Positions 1 through 15,000 of a stretch of 64,000 bases of DNA are shown here, piece after piece; within the stretch, counting starts at the first letter, position 1; every line of letters starts with the position of its first letter. The stretch spans positions 1,207,854-1,271,853 of the forward strand of contig CM082596.2 in the NCBI GenBank assembly GCA_040954595.2, read 5' to 3'. Origin of the DNA: Balanoglossus misakiensis (lineage: Eukaryota > Animalia > Hemichordata). The notes beneath the pieces are model-generated. The model was not told the origin of the DNA. It saw only the letters and a program-made list of their open reading frames with translations, and did not search any database. A program made the translations under genes and the position numbers.

Positions 1-3000
1 GACCATTTTTCGACTTTGGGAATTTTCGAAATTTGGTGATTTTTTGATAAAAGCATGGGTTATAGCTCAGGAAAATCGCGAAAATCGACCATTTTTCGAC
101 TTTGGGAATTTTCGAAATTTGGTGATTTTTTCATAAAAAGCCATGGGTTATAGCTCAGGAAAATCGCGAAAAATCGACCATTTTTCGACTTTGGGAATTT
201 TCGAAATTTGGTGATTTTTTCATAAAAACATGGGTTATAGCTCAGGAAAATCGCGAAAATCGACCATTTTTCGACTTTGGGAATTTTCGAAATTTGGTGA
301 TTTTTTGATAAAAAGCCATGGGTTATAGCTCAGGAAAATCGCGAAAAATCGACCATTTTTCGACTTTGGGAATTTTCGAAATTTGGTGATTTTTTGATAA
401 AAAGCATGGGTTATAGCTCAGGAAAATCGCGAAAAATCGACCATTTTTCGACTTTGGGAATTTTCGAAATTTGGTGATTTTTTCATAAAAATCATGGGTT
501 ATAGCTCAGGAAAATCGCGAAAAATCGACCATTTTTCGACTTTGGGAATTTTCGAAATTTGGTGATTTTTTGATAAAAATCATGGGTTATAGCTCAGGAA
601 AATCGCGAAAAATCGACCATTTTTCGACTTTGGGAATTTTCGAAATTTGGTGATTTTTTGATAAAAAGCATGGGTTATAGCTCAGGAAAATCGCGAAAAA
701 TCGACCATTTTTCGACTTTGGGAATTTTCGAAATTTGGTGATTTTTTGATAAAAAGCATGGGTTATAGCTCAGGAAAATCGCGAAAAATCGACCATTTTT
801 CGACTTTGGGAATTTTCGAAATTTGGTGATTTTTTCATAAAAATCATGGGTTATAGCTCAGGAAAATCGCGAAAAATCGACCATTTTTCGACTTTGGGAA
901 TTTTCGAAATTTGGTGATTTTTTGATAAAAATCATGGGTTATAGCTCAGGAAAATCGCGAAAAATCGACCATTTTTCGACTTTGGGAATTTTCGAAATTT
1001 GGTGATTTTTTGATAAAAAGCATGGGTTATAGCTCAGGAAAATCGCGAAAAATCGACCATTTTTCGACTTTGGGAATTTTCGAAATTTGGTGATTTTTTG
1101 ATAAAAAGCATGGGTTATAGCTCAGGAAAATCGCGAAAAATCGACCATTTTTCGACTTTGGGAATTTTCGAAATTTGGTGATTTTTTGATAAAAATCATG
1201 GGTTATAGCTCAGGAAAATCGCGAAAAATCGACCATTTTTCGACTTTGGGAATTTTCGAAATTTGGTGATTTTTTGATAAAAATCATGGGTTATAGCTCA
1301 GGAAAATCGCGAAAAATCGACCATTTTTCGACTTTGGGAATTTTCGAAATTTGGTGATTTTTTGATAAAAATCATGGGTTATAGCTCAGGAAAATCGCGA
1401 AAAATCGACCATTTTTCGACTTTGGGAATTTTCGAAATTTGGTGATTTTTTGATAAAAATCATGGGTTATAGCTCAGGAAAATCGCGAAAAATCGACCAT
1501 TTTTCGACTTTGGGAATTTTCGAAATTTGGTGATTTTTTCATAAAAATCATGGGTTATAGCTCAGGAAAATCGCGAAAAATCGACCATTTTTCGACTTTG
1601 GGAATTTTCGAAATTTGGTGATTTTTTGATAAAAATCATGGGTTATAGCTCAGGAAAATCGCGAAAAATCGACCATTTTTCGACTTTGGGAATTTTCGAA
1701 ATTTGGTGATTTTTTGATAAAAATCATGGGTTATAGCTCAGGAAAATCGCGAAAAATCGACCATTTTTCGACTTTGGAATTTTCGAAATTTGGTGATTTT
1801 TTGATAAAAATCATGGGTTATAGCTCAGGAAAATCGCGAAAAATCGACCATTTTTCGACTTTGGGAATTTTCGAAATTTGGTGATTTTTTGATAAAAATC
1901 ATGGGTTATAGCTCAGGAAAATCGCGAAAAATCGACCATTTTTCGACTTTGGGAATTTTCGAAATTTGGTGATTTTTTGATAAAAATCATGGGTTATAGC
2001 TCAGGAAAATCGCGAAAAATCGACCATTTTTCGACTTTGGGAATTTTCGAAATTTGGTGATTTTTTGATAAAAACCATGGGTTATAGCTCAGGAAAATCG
2101 CGAAAAATCGACCATTTTTCGACTTTGGGAATTTTCGAAATTTGGTGATTTTTTCATAAAAATCATGGGTTATAGCTCAGGAAAATCGCGAAAAATCGAC
2201 CATTTTTCGACTTTGGGAATTTTCGAAATTTGGTGATTTTTTCATAAAAATCATGGGTTATAGCTCAGGAAAATCGCGAAAAATCGACCATTTTTCGACT
2301 TTGGGAATTTTCGAAATTTGGTGATTTTTTGATAAAAATCATGGGTTATAGCTCAGGAAAATCGCGAAAAATCGACCATTTTTCGACTTTGGGAATTTTC
2401 GAAATTTGGTGATTTTTTGATAAAAATCATGGGTTATAGCTCAGGAAAATCGCGAAAAATCGACCATTTTTCGACTTTGGGAATTTTCGAAATTTGGTGA
2501 TTTTTTTTGATAAAAATCATGGGTTATAGCTCAGGAAAATCGCGAAAAATCGACCATTTTTCGACTTTGGGAATTTTCGAAATTTGGTGATTTTTATAAA
2601 AATCATGGGTTATAGCTCAGGAAAATCGCGAAAAATCGACCATTTTTCGACTTTGGGAATTTTCGAAATTTGGTGATTTTTTGATAAAATCATGGGTTAT
2701 AGCTCAGGAAAATCGCGAAAAATCGACCATTTTTCGACTTTGGGAATTTTCGAAATTTGGTGATTTTTTGATAAAAATCATGGGTTATAGCTCAGGAAAA
2801 TCGCGAAAAATCGACCATTTTTCGACTTTGGGAATTTTCGAAATTTGGTGATTTTTTGATAAAAAGCATGGGTTATAGCTCAGGAAAATCGCGAAAAATC
2901 GACCATTTTTCGACTTTGGGAATTTTCGAAATTTGGTGATTTTTTGATAAAAAGCATGGGTTATAGCTCAGGAAAATCGCGAAAAATCGACCATTTTTCG

Positions 3001-6000
3001 ACTTTGGGAATTTTCGAAATTTGGTGATTTTTTGATAAAAATCATGGGTTATAGCTCAGGAAAATCGCGAAAAATCGACCATTTTTCGACTTTGGGAATT
3101 TTCGAAATTTGGTGATTTTTTGATAAAAATCATGGTTTATAGCTCAGGAAAATCGCGAAAAATCGACCATTTTTCGACTTTGGGAATTTTCGAAATTTGG
3201 TGATTTTTTGATAAAAATCATGGGTTATAGCTCAGGAAAATCGCGAAAAATCGACCATTTTTCGACTTTGGGAATTTTCGAAATTTGGTGATTTTTTCAT
3301 AAAAATCATGGGTTATAGCTCAGGAAAATCGCGAAAAATCGACCATTTTTCGACTTTGGGAATTTTCGAAATTTGGTGATTTTTTCATAAAAATCATGGG
3401 TTATAGCTCAGGAAAATCGCGAAAAATCGACCATTTTTCGACTTTGGGAATTTTCGAAATTTGGTGATTTTTTGATAAAAATCATGGGTTATAGCTCAGG
3501 AAAATCGCGAAAAATCGACCATTTTTCGACTTTGGGAATTTTCGAAATTTGGTGATTTTTTGATAAAAATCATGGGTTATAGCTCAGGAAAATCGCGAAA
3601 AATCGACCATTTTTCGACTTTGGGAATTTTCGAAATTTGGTGATTTTTTGATAAAAATCATGGGTTATAGCTCAGGAAAATCGCGAAAAATCGACCATTT
3701 TTCGACTTTGGGAATTTTCGAAATTTGGTGATTTTTTGATAAAAATCATGGGTTATAGCTCAGGAAAATCGCGAAAAATCGACCATTTTTCGACTTTGGG
3801 AATTTTCGAAATTTGGTGATTTTTTGATAAAAATCATGGGTTATAGCTCAGGAAAATCGCGAAAAATCGACCATTTTTCGACTTTGGGAATTTTCGAAAT
3901 TTGGTGATTTTTTGATAAAAATCATGGGTTATAGCTCAGGAAAATCGCGAAAAATCGACCATTTTTCGACTTTGGGAATTTTCGAAATTTGGTGATTTTT
4001 TCATAAAAATCATGGGTTATAGCTCAGGAAAATCGCGAAAAATCGACCATTTTTCGACTTTGGGAATTTTCGAAATTTGGTGATTTTTTCATAAAAATCA
4101 TGGTTATAGCTCAGGAAAATCGCGAAAAATCGACCATTTTTCGACTTTGGGAATTTTCGAAATTTGGTGATTTTTTGATAAAAATCATGGGTTATAGCTC
4201 AGGAAAATCGCGAAAAATCGACCATTTTTCGACTTTGGGAATTTTCGAAATTTGGTGATTTTTTGATAAAAATCATGGGTTATAGCTCAGGAAAATCGCG
4301 AAAAATCGACCATTTTTCGACTTTGGGAATTTTCGAAATTTGGTGATTTTTTCATAAAAATCATGGGTTATAGCTCAGGAAAATCGCGAAAAATCGACCA
4401 TTTTTCGACTTTGGGAATTTTCGAAATTTGGTGATTTTTTCATAAAAATCATGGGTTATAGCTCAGGAAAATCGCGAAAAATCGACCATTTTTCGACTTT
4501 GGGAATTTTCGAAATTTGGTGATTTTTTCATATAAACCATGGGTTATAGCTCAGGAAAATCGCGAAAAATCGACCATTTTTCGACTTTGGGAATTTTCGA
4601 AATTTGGTGATTTTTTGATAAAAATCATGGGTTATAGCTCAGGAAAATCGCGAAAAATCGACCATTTTTCGACTTTGGGAATTTTCGAAATTTGGTGATT
4701 TTTTGATAAAAATCATGGGTTATAGCTCAGGAAAATCGCGAAAAATCGACCATTTTTCGACTTTGGGAATTTTCGAAATTTGGTGATTTTTTGATAAAAA
4801 TCATGGGTTATAGCTCAGGAAAATCGCGAAAAATCGACCATTTTTCGACTTTGGGAATTTTCGAAATTTGGTGATTTTTTGATAAAAATCATGGGTTATA
4901 GCTCAGGAAAATCGCGAAAAATCGACCATTTTTCGACTTTGGGAATTTTCGAAATTTGGTGATTTTTTCATAAAAAGCATGGGTTATAGCTCAGGAAAAT
5001 CGCGAAAAATCGACCATTTTTCGACTTTGGGAATTTTCGAAATTTGGTGATTTTTTGATAAAAATCATGGGTTATAGCTCAGGAAAATCGCGAAAAATCG
5101 ACCATTTTTCGACTTTGGGAATTTTCGAAATTTGGTGATTTTTTGATAAAAATCATGGGTTATAGCTCAGGAAAATCGCGAAAAATCGACCATTTTTCGA
5201 CTTTGGGAATTTTCGAAATTTGGTGATTTTTTGATAAAAATCATGGGTTATAGCTCAGGAAAATCGCGAAAAATCGACCATTTTTCGACTTTGGGAATTT
5301 TCGAAATTTGGTGATTTTTTCATAAAAACCATGGGTTATAGCTCAGGAAAATCGCGAAAAATCGACCATTTTTCGACTTTGGGAATTTTCGAAATTTGGT
5401 GATTTTTTGATAAAAATCATGGGTTATAGCTCAGGAAAATCGCGAAAAATCGACCATTTTTCGACTTTGGGAATTTCGAAATTTGGTGATTTTTTGATAA
5501 AAATCATGGGTTATAGCTCAGGAAAATCGCGAAAAATCGACCATTTTTCGACTTTGGGAATTTTCGAAATTTGGTGATTTTTTGATAAAAATCATGGGTT
5601 ATAGCTCAGGAAAATCGCGAAAAATCGACCATTTTTCGACTTTGGGAATTTTCGAAATTTGGTGATTTTTTGATAAAAAATCATGGGTTATAGCTCAGGA
5701 AAATCGCGAAAAATCGACCATTTTTCGACTTTGGGAATTTTCGAAATTTGGTGATTTTTTCATAAAAATCATGGGTTATAGCTCAGGAAAATCGCGAAAA
5801 ATCGACCATTTTTCGACTTTGGGAATTTTCGAAATTTGGTGATTTTTTGATAAAAATCATGGGTTATAGCTCAGGAAAATCGCGAAAAATCGACCATTTT
5901 TCGACTTTGGGAATTTTCGAAATTTGGTGATTTTTTGATAAAAATCATGGGTTATAGCTCAGGAAAATCGCGAAAAATCGACCATTTTTCGACTTTGGGA

Positions 6001-9000
6001 ATTTTCGAAATTTGGTGATTTTTTGATAAAAATCATGGGTTATAGCTCAGGAAAATCGCGAAAAATCGACCATTTTTCGACTTTGGGAATTTTCGAAATT
6101 TGGTGATTTTTTGATAAAAATCATGGGTTATAGCTCAGGAAAATCGCGAAAAATCGACCATTTTTCGACTTTGGGAATTTTCGAAATTTGGTGATTTTTT
6201 GATAAAAATCATGGGTTATAGCTCAGGAAAATCGCGAAAAATCGACCATTTTTCGACTTTGGGAATTTTCGAAATTTGGTGATTTTTTGATAAAAACATG
6301 GGTTATAGCTCAGGAAAATCGCGAAAAATCGACCATTTTTCGACTTTGGGAATTTTCGAAATTTGGTGATTTTTTCATAAAAATCATGGGTTATAGCTCA
6401 GGAAAATCGCGAAAAATCGACCATTTTTCGACTTTGGGAATTTTCGAAATTTGGTGATTTTTTCATAAAAACCATGGGTTATAGCTCAGGAAAATCGCGA
6501 AAAATCGACCATTTTTCGACTTTGGGAATTTTCGAAATTTGGTGATTTTTTGATAAAAATCATGGGTTATAGCTCAGGAAAATCGCGAAAAATCGACCAT
6601 TTTTCGACTTTGGGAATTTTCGAAATTTGGTGATTTTTTGATAAAAATCATGGGTTATAGCTCAGGAAAATCGCGAAAAATCGACCATTTTTCGACTTTG
6701 GGAATTTTCGAAATTTGGTGATTTTTTCATTAAAAACCATGGGTTATAGCTCAGGAAAATCGCGAAAAATCGACCATTTTTCGACTTTGGGAATTTTCGA
6801 AATTTGGTGATTTTTTCATAAAAATCATGGGTTATAGCTCAGGAAAATCGCGAAAAATCGACCATTTTTCGACTTTGGGAATTTTCGAAATTTGGTGATT
6901 TTTTGATAAAAACCATGGGTTATAGCTCAGGAAAATCGCGAAAAATCGACCATTTTTCGACTTTGGGAATTTTCGAAATTTGGTGATTTTTTGATAAAAA
7001 TCATGGGTTATAGCTCAGGAAAATCGCGAAAAATCGACCATTTTTCGACTTTGGGAATTTTCGAAATTTGGTGATTTTTTGATAAAAAGCATGGGTTATA
7101 GCATAGCTCAGGAAAATCGCGAAAAATCGACCATTTTTCGACTTTGGGAATTTTCGAAATTTGGTGATTTTTTGATAAAAAGCCATGGGTTATAGCTCAG
7201 GAAAATCGCGAAAAATCGACCATTTTTCGACTTTGGGAATTTTCGAAATTTGGTGATTTTTTGATAAAAATCATGGGTTATAGCTCAGGAAAATCGCGAA
7301 AAATCGACCATTTTTCGACTTTGGGAATTTTCGAAATTTGGTGATTTTTTGATAAAAACCATGGGTTATAGCTCAGGAAAATCGCGAAAAATCGACCATT
7401 TTTCGACTTTGGGAATTTTCGAAATTTGGTGATTTTTTGATAAAAATCATGGGTTATAGCTCAGGAAAATCGCGAAAAATCGACCATTTTTCGACTTTGG
7501 GAATTTTCGAAATTTGGTGATTTTTTGATAAAAATCATGGGTTATAGCTCAGGAAAATCGCGAAAAATCGACCATTTTTCGACTTTGGGAATTTTCGAAA
7601 TTTGGTGATTTTTTGATAAAAATCATGGGTTATAGCTCAGGAAAATCGCGAAAAATCGACCATTTTTCGACTTTGGGAATTTTCGAAATTTGGTGATTTT
7701 TTGATAAAAATCATGGGTTATAGCTCAGGAAAATCGCGAAAAATCGACCATTTTTCGACTTTGGGAATTTTCGAAATTTGGTGATTTTTTGATAAAAATC
7801 ATGGGTTATAGCTCAGGAAAATCGCGAAAAATCGACCATTTTTCGACTTTGGGAATTTTCGAAATTTGGTGATTTTTTGATAAAAATCATGGGTTATAGC
7901 TCAGGAAAATCGCGAAAAATCGACCATTTTTCGACTTTGGGAATTTTCGAAATTTGGTGATTTTTTGATAAAAATCATGGGTTATAGCTCAGGAAAATCG
8001 CGAAAAATCGACCATTTTTCGACTTTGGGAATTTTCGAAATTTGGTGATTTTTTGATAAAAATCATGGGTTATAGCTCAGGAAAATCGCGAAAAATCGAC
8101 CATTTTTCGACTTTGGGAATTTTCGAAATTTGGTGATTTTTTGATAAAAATCATGGGTTATAGCTCAGGAAAATCGCGAAAAATCGACCATTTTTCGACT
8201 TTGGGAATTTTCGAAATTTGGTGATTTTTTGATAAAATCATGGGTTATAGCTCAGGAAAATCGCGAAAAATCGACCATTTTTCGACTTTGGGAATTTTCG
8301 AAATTTGGTGATTTTTTGATAAAAATCATGGGTTATAGCTCAGGAAAATCGCGAAAAATCGACCATTTTTCGACTTTGGGAATTTTCGAAATTTGGTGAT
8401 TTTTGATAAAAATCATGGGTTATAGCTCAGGAAAATCGCGAAAAATCGACCATTTTTTCGACTTTGGGAATTTTCGAAATTTGGTGATTTTTTGATAAAA
8501 ATCATGGGTTATAGCTCAGGAAAATCGCGAAAAATCGACCATTTTTCGACTTTGGGAATTTTCGAAATTTGGTGATTTTTTGATAAAAATCATGGGTTAT
8601 AGCTCAGGAAAATCGCGAAAAATCGACCATTTTTCGACTTTGGGAATTTTCGAAATTTGGTGATTTTTTGATAAAAATCATGGGTTATAGCTCAGGAAAA
8701 TCGCGAAAAATCGACCATTTTTCGACTTTGGGAATTTTCGAAATTTGGTGATTTTTTGATAAAAATCATGGGTTATAGCTCAGGAAAATCGCGAAAAATC
8801 GACCATTTTTCGACTTTGGGAATTTTCGAAATTTGGTGATTTTTTGATAAAAATCATGGGTTATAGCTCAGGAAAATCGCGAAAAATCGACCATTTTTCG
8901 ACTTTGGGAATTTTCGAAATTTGGTGATTTTTTGATAAAATCATGGGTTATAGCTCAGGAAAATCGCGAAAAATCGACCATTTTTCGACTTTGGGAATTT

Positions 9001-12000
9001 TCGAAATTTGGTGATTTTTTGATAAAAATCATGGGTTATAGCTCAGGAAAATCGCGAAAAATCGACCATTTTTCGACTTTGGGAATTTTCGAAATTTGGT
9101 GATTTTTTGATAAAAGCATGGGTTATAGCTCAGGAAAATCGCGAAAAATCGACCATTTTTCGACTTTGGGAATTTTCGAAATTTGGTGATTTTTTGATAA
9201 AAAGCATGGGTTATAGCTCAGGAAAATCGCGAAAATCGACCATTTTTCGACTTTGGGAATTTTCGAAATTTGGTGATTTTTTCATAAAAATCATGGGTTA
9301 TAGCTCAGGAAAATCGCGAAAAATCGACCATTTTTCGACTTTGGGAATTTTCGAAATTTGGTGATTTTTCATAAAAATCATGGGTTATAGCTCAGGAAAA
9401 TCGCGAAAAATCGACCATTTTTCGACTTTGGGAATTTTCGAAATTTGGTGATTTTTGATAAAAATCATGGGTTATAGCTCAGGAAAATCGCGAAAAATCG
9501 ACCATTTTTCGACTTTGGGAATTTTCGAAATTTGGTGATTTTTTGATAAAAATCATGGGTTATAGCTCAGGAAAATCGCGAAAATCGACCATTTTTCGAC
9601 TTTGGGAATTTTCGAATTTGGTGATTTTTTGATAAAAGCATGGGTTATAGCTCAGGAAAATCGCGAAAAATCGACCATTTTCGACTTTGGGATTTTCGAA
9701 ATTTGGTGATTTTTTGATAAAAATCATGGGTTATAGCTCAGGAAAATCGCGAAAAATCGACCATTTTTCGACTTTGGGAATTTTCGAAATTTGGTGATTT
9801 TTTGATAAAAATCATGGGTTATAGCTCAGGAAAATCGCGAAAAATCGACCATTTTTCGACTTTGGGAATTTTCGAAATTTGGTGATTTTTTGATAAAAAT
9901 CATGGGTTATAGCTCAGGAAAATCGCGAAAAATCGACCATTTTTCGACTTTGGAAATTTTCGAAATTTGGTGATTTTTTTCATAAAAATCATGGGTTATA
10001 GCTCAGGAAAATCGCGAAAATCGACCATTTTTCGACTTTGGGAATTTTCGAAATTTGGTGATTTTTTGATAAAAATCATGGGTTATAGCTCAGGAAAATC
10101 GCGAAAAATCGACCATTTTTCGACTTTGGGAATTTTCGAAATTTGGTGATTTTTTGATAAAAATCATGGGTTATAGCTCAGGAAAATCGCGAAAAATCGA
10201 CCATTTTTCGACTTTGGGAATTTTCGAAATTTGGTGATTTTTTGATAAAAATCATGGGTTATAGCTCAGGAAAATCGCGAAAAATCGACCATTTTTCGAC
10301 TTTGGGAATTTTTCGAAATTTGGTGATTTTTTCATAAAAATCATGGGTTATAGCTCAGGAAAATCGCGAAAAATCGACCATTTTTCGACTTTGGGAATTT
10401 TCGAAATTTGGTGATTTTTTGATAAAAATCATGGGTTATAGCTCAGGAAAATCGCGAAAAATCGACCATTTTTCGACTTTGGGAATTTTCGAAATTTGGT
10501 GATTTTTTGATAAAAATCATGGGTTATAGCTCAGGAAATCGCGAAAAATCGTCCATTTTTCGACTTTGGGAATTTTCGAAATTTGGTGATTTTTTGATAA
10601 AAATCATGGGTTATAGCTCAGGAAAATCGCGAAAAATCGACCATTTTTCGACTTTGGGAATTTTCGAAATTTGGTGATTTTTTGATAAAAAGCATGGGTT
10701 ATAGCTCAGGAAAATCGCGAAAAATCGACCATTTTTCGACTTTGGGAATTTTCGAAATTTGGTGATTTTTTGATAAAAATCATGGGTTATAGCTCAGGAA
10801 AATCGCGAAAAATCGACCATTTTTCGACTTTGGGAATTTTCGAAATTTGGTGATTTTTTCATAAAAATCATGGGTTATAGCTCAGGAAAATCGCGAAAAA
10901 TCGACCATTTTCGACTTTGGGAATTTCGAAATTTGGTGATTTTTTGATAAAAATCATGGGTTATAGCTCAGGAAAATCGCGAAAAATCGACCATTTTTCG
11001 ACTTTGGGAATTTTCGAAATTTGGTGATTTTTTGATAAAAATCATGGGTTATAGCTCAGGAAAATCGCGAAAAATCGACCATTTTTCGACTTTGGGAATT
11101 TTCGAAATTTGGTTGATTTTTTCATAAAAATCATGGGTTATAGCTCAGGAAAATCGCGAAAAATCGACCATTTTTCGACTTTGGGAATTTTCGAAATTTG
11201 ATGATTTTTTCATAAAAATCATGGGTTATAGCTCAGGAAAATCGCGAAAAATCGACCATTTTCGACTTTGGGAATTTTCGAAATTTGGTGATTTTTTGAT
11301 AAAAAATCATGGGTTATAGCTCAGGAAAATCGCGAAAAATCGACCATTTTTTCGACTTTGGGAATTTTCGAAATTTGGTGATTTTTTGATAAAATCATGG
11401 GTTATAGCTCAGGAAAATCGCGAAAAATCGACCATTTTTCGACTTTGGGAATTTTCGAAATTTGGTGATTTTTTGATAAAAATCATGGGTTATAGCTCAG
11501 GAAAATCGCGAAAAAATCGACATTTTTCGACTTTGGGAATTTTCGAAATTTGGTGATTTTTTCATAAAAATCATGGGTTATAGCTCAGGAAAATCGCGAA
11601 AAATCGACCATTTTTCGACTTTGGGAATTTTCGAAATTTGGTGATTTTTTGATAAAAATCATGGGTTATAGCTCAGGAAAATCGCGAAAAATCGACCATT
11701 TTTCGACTTTGGGAATTTTCGAAATTTGGTGATTTTTTGATAAAAATCATGGGTTATAGCTCAGGAAAATCGCGAAAAATCGACCATTTTTCGACTTTGG
11801 GAATTTTCGAAATTTGGTGATTTTTTGATAAAAATCATGGGTTATAGCTCAGGAAAATCGCGAAAAATCGACCATTTTTCGACTTTGGGAATTTTCGAAA
11901 TTTGGTGATTTTTTTCATAAAAATCATGGGTTATAGCTCAGGAAAATCGCGAAAAATCGACCATTTTTCGACTTTGGGAATTTTCGGAAATTTGGTGATT

Positions 12001-15000
12001 TTTTCATAAAAATCATGGGTTATAGCTCAGGAAAATCGCGAAAAATCGACCATTTTTCGACTTTGGGAATTTTCGAAATTTGGTGATTTTTTGATAAAAA
12101 TCATGGGTTATAGCTCAGGAAAATCGCGAAAAATCGACCATTTTTCGACTTTGGGAATTTTCGAAATTTGGTGATTTTTTCATAAAAATCATGGGTTATA
12201 GCTCAGGAAAATCGCGAAAAATCGACCATTTTTCGACTTTGGGAATTTTCGAAATTTGGTGATTTTTTCATAAAAATCATGGGTTATAGATCAGGAAAAT
12301 CGCGAAAAATCGACCATTTTTCGACTTTGGGAATTTTCGAAATTTGATGATTTTTTCATAAAAATCATGGGTTATAGCTCAGAAAATCGCGAAAAATCGA
12401 CCATTTTTCGACTTTGGGAATTTTCGAAATTTGGTGATTTTTTGATAAAAATCATGGGTTATAGCTCAGGAAAATCGCGAAAAATCGACCATTTTCGACT
12501 TTGGGAATTTTCGAAATTTGGTGATTTTTTGATAAAAATCATGGGTTATAGCTCAGGAAAATCGCGAAAAATCGACCATTTTTCGACTTTGGGAATTTTC
12601 GAAATTTGGTGATTTTTTGATAAAAATCATGGGTTATAGCTCAGGAAAATCGCGAAAAATCGACCATTTTTCGACTTTGGGAATTTTCGAAATTTGGTGA
12701 TTTTTTCATAAAAAGCATGGGTTATAGCTCAGGAAAATCGCGAAAAATCGACCATTTTTCGACTTTGGGAATTTTCGAAATTTGGTGATTTTTTGATAAA
12801 AATCATGGGTTATAGCTCAGGAAAATCGCGAAAAATCGACCATTTTTCGACTTTGGGAATTTTCGAAATTTGGTGATTTTTTGATAAAAATCATGGGTTA
12901 TAGCTCAGGAAAATCGCGAAAAATCGACCATTTTCGACTTTGGGAATTTTCGAAATTTGGTGATTTTTTGAATAAAAATCATGGGTTATAGCTCAGGAAA
13001 ATCGCGAAAAATCGACCATTTTTCGACTTTGGGAATTTTCGAAATTTGGTGATTTTTTGATAAAAAGCATGGGTTATAGCTCAGGAAAATCGCGAAAAAT
13101 CGACCATTTTTCGACTTTGGGAATTTTCGAATTTGGTGATTTTTCATAAAAATCATGGGTTATAGCTCAGGAAAATCGCGAAAAATCGACCATTTTTCGA
13201 CTTTGGGAATTTTCGAAATTTGGTGATTTTTTCATAAAAATCATGGGTTATAGCTCAGGAAAATCGCGAAAAATCGACCATTTTTCGACTTTGGGAATTT
13301 TCGAAATTTGGTGATTTTTTGATAAAAATCATGGGTTATAGCTCAGGAAAATCGCGAAAAATCGACCATTTTCGACTTTGGGAATTTCCGAAATTTGGTG
13401 ATTTTTTCATAAAAATCATGGGTTATAGCTCAGGAAAATCGCGAAAAATCGACCATTTTTCGACTTTGGGATTTTCGAAATTTGGTGATTTTTTCATAAA
13501 AATCATGGGTTATAGCTCAGGAAAATCGCGAAAAATCGACCATTTTTCGACTTTGGGAATTTTCGAAATTTGATGATTTTTTCATAAAAATCATGGGTTA
13601 TAGCTCAGGAAAATCGCGAAAAATCGACCATTTTTCGACTTTGGGAATTTTCGAAATTTGGTGATTTTTTGATAAAAATCATGGGTTATAGCTCAGGAAA
13701 ATCGCGAAAAATCGACCATTTTTCGACTTTGGGAATTTTCGAAATTTGGTGATTTTTTGATAAAAATCATGGGTTATAGCTCAGGAAAATCGCGAAAAAT
13801 CGACCATTTTTCGACTTTGGGAATTTTCGAAATTTGGTGATTTTTTGATAAAAATCATGGGTTATAGCTCAGGAAAATCGCGAAAAATCGACCATTTTTC
13901 GACTTTGGGAATTTTCGAAATTTGGTGATTTTTTGATAAAAATCATGGGTTATAGCTCAGGAAAATCGCGAAAAATCGACCATTTTTCGACTTTGGGAAT
14001 TTTCGAAATTTGGTGATTTTTTGATAAAAATCATGGGTTATAGCTCAGGAAAATCGCGAAAAATCGACCATTTTTCGACTTTGGGAATTTTCGAAATTTG
14101 GTGATTTTTTGATAAAAATCATGGGTTATAGCTCAGGAAAATCGCGAAAAATCGACCATTTTTCGACTTTGGGAATTTTCGAAATTTGGTGATTTTTTGA
14201 TAAAAATCATGGGTTATAGCTCAGGAAAATCGCGAAAAATCGACCATTTTTCGACTTTGGGAATTTTCGAAATTTGGTGATTTTTTCATAAAAACCATGG
14301 GTTATAGCTCAGGAAAATAGCGAAAAATCGACCATTTTTCGACTTTGGGAATTTTCGAAATTTGGTGATTTTTTGATAAAAATCATGGGTTATAGCTCAG
14401 GAAAATCGCGAAAAATCGACCATTTTTCGACTTTGGGAATTTTCGAAATTTGGTGATTTTTTGATAAAAACCATGGGTTATAGCTCAGGAAAATCGCGAA
14501 AAATCGACCATTTTTCGACTTTGGGAATTTTCGAAATTTGGTGATTTTTTGATAAAAATCATGGGTTATAGCTCAGGAAAATCGCGAAAAATCGACCATT
14601 TTTCGACTTTGGGAATTTTCGAAATTTGGTGATTTTTTGATAAAAAGCATGGGTTATAGCTCAGGAAAATCGCGAAAAATCGACCATTTTTCGACTTTGG
14701 GAATTTTCGAAATTTGGTGATTTTTTGATAAAAAGCATGGGTTATAGCTCAGGAAAATCGCGAAAAATCGACCATTTTTCGACTTTGGGAATTTTCGAAA
14801 TTTGGTGATTTTTTGATAAAAAGCATGGGTTATAGCTCAGGAAAATCGCGAAAAATCGACCATTTTTCGACTTTGGGAATTTTCGAAATTTGGTGATTTT
14901 TTGATAAAAAGCATGGGTTATAGCTCAGGAAAATCGCGAAAAATCTACCATTTTTCGACTTTGGGAATTTTCGAAATTTGGTGATTTTTTGATAAAAAGC

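Noticed and set aside
8200-13500. Zone of frequent 1-bp indels, possibly an older degenerate domain
   Set aside because: Indels are almost all in homopolymers and nearly vanish after ~13.5 kb, which is more consistent with lower consensus quality.
4516-13573. Short ORFs inside the 88-bp array
   Set aside because: They are translations of the repeat that appear only where homopolymer indels shift the frame; no coding signal.
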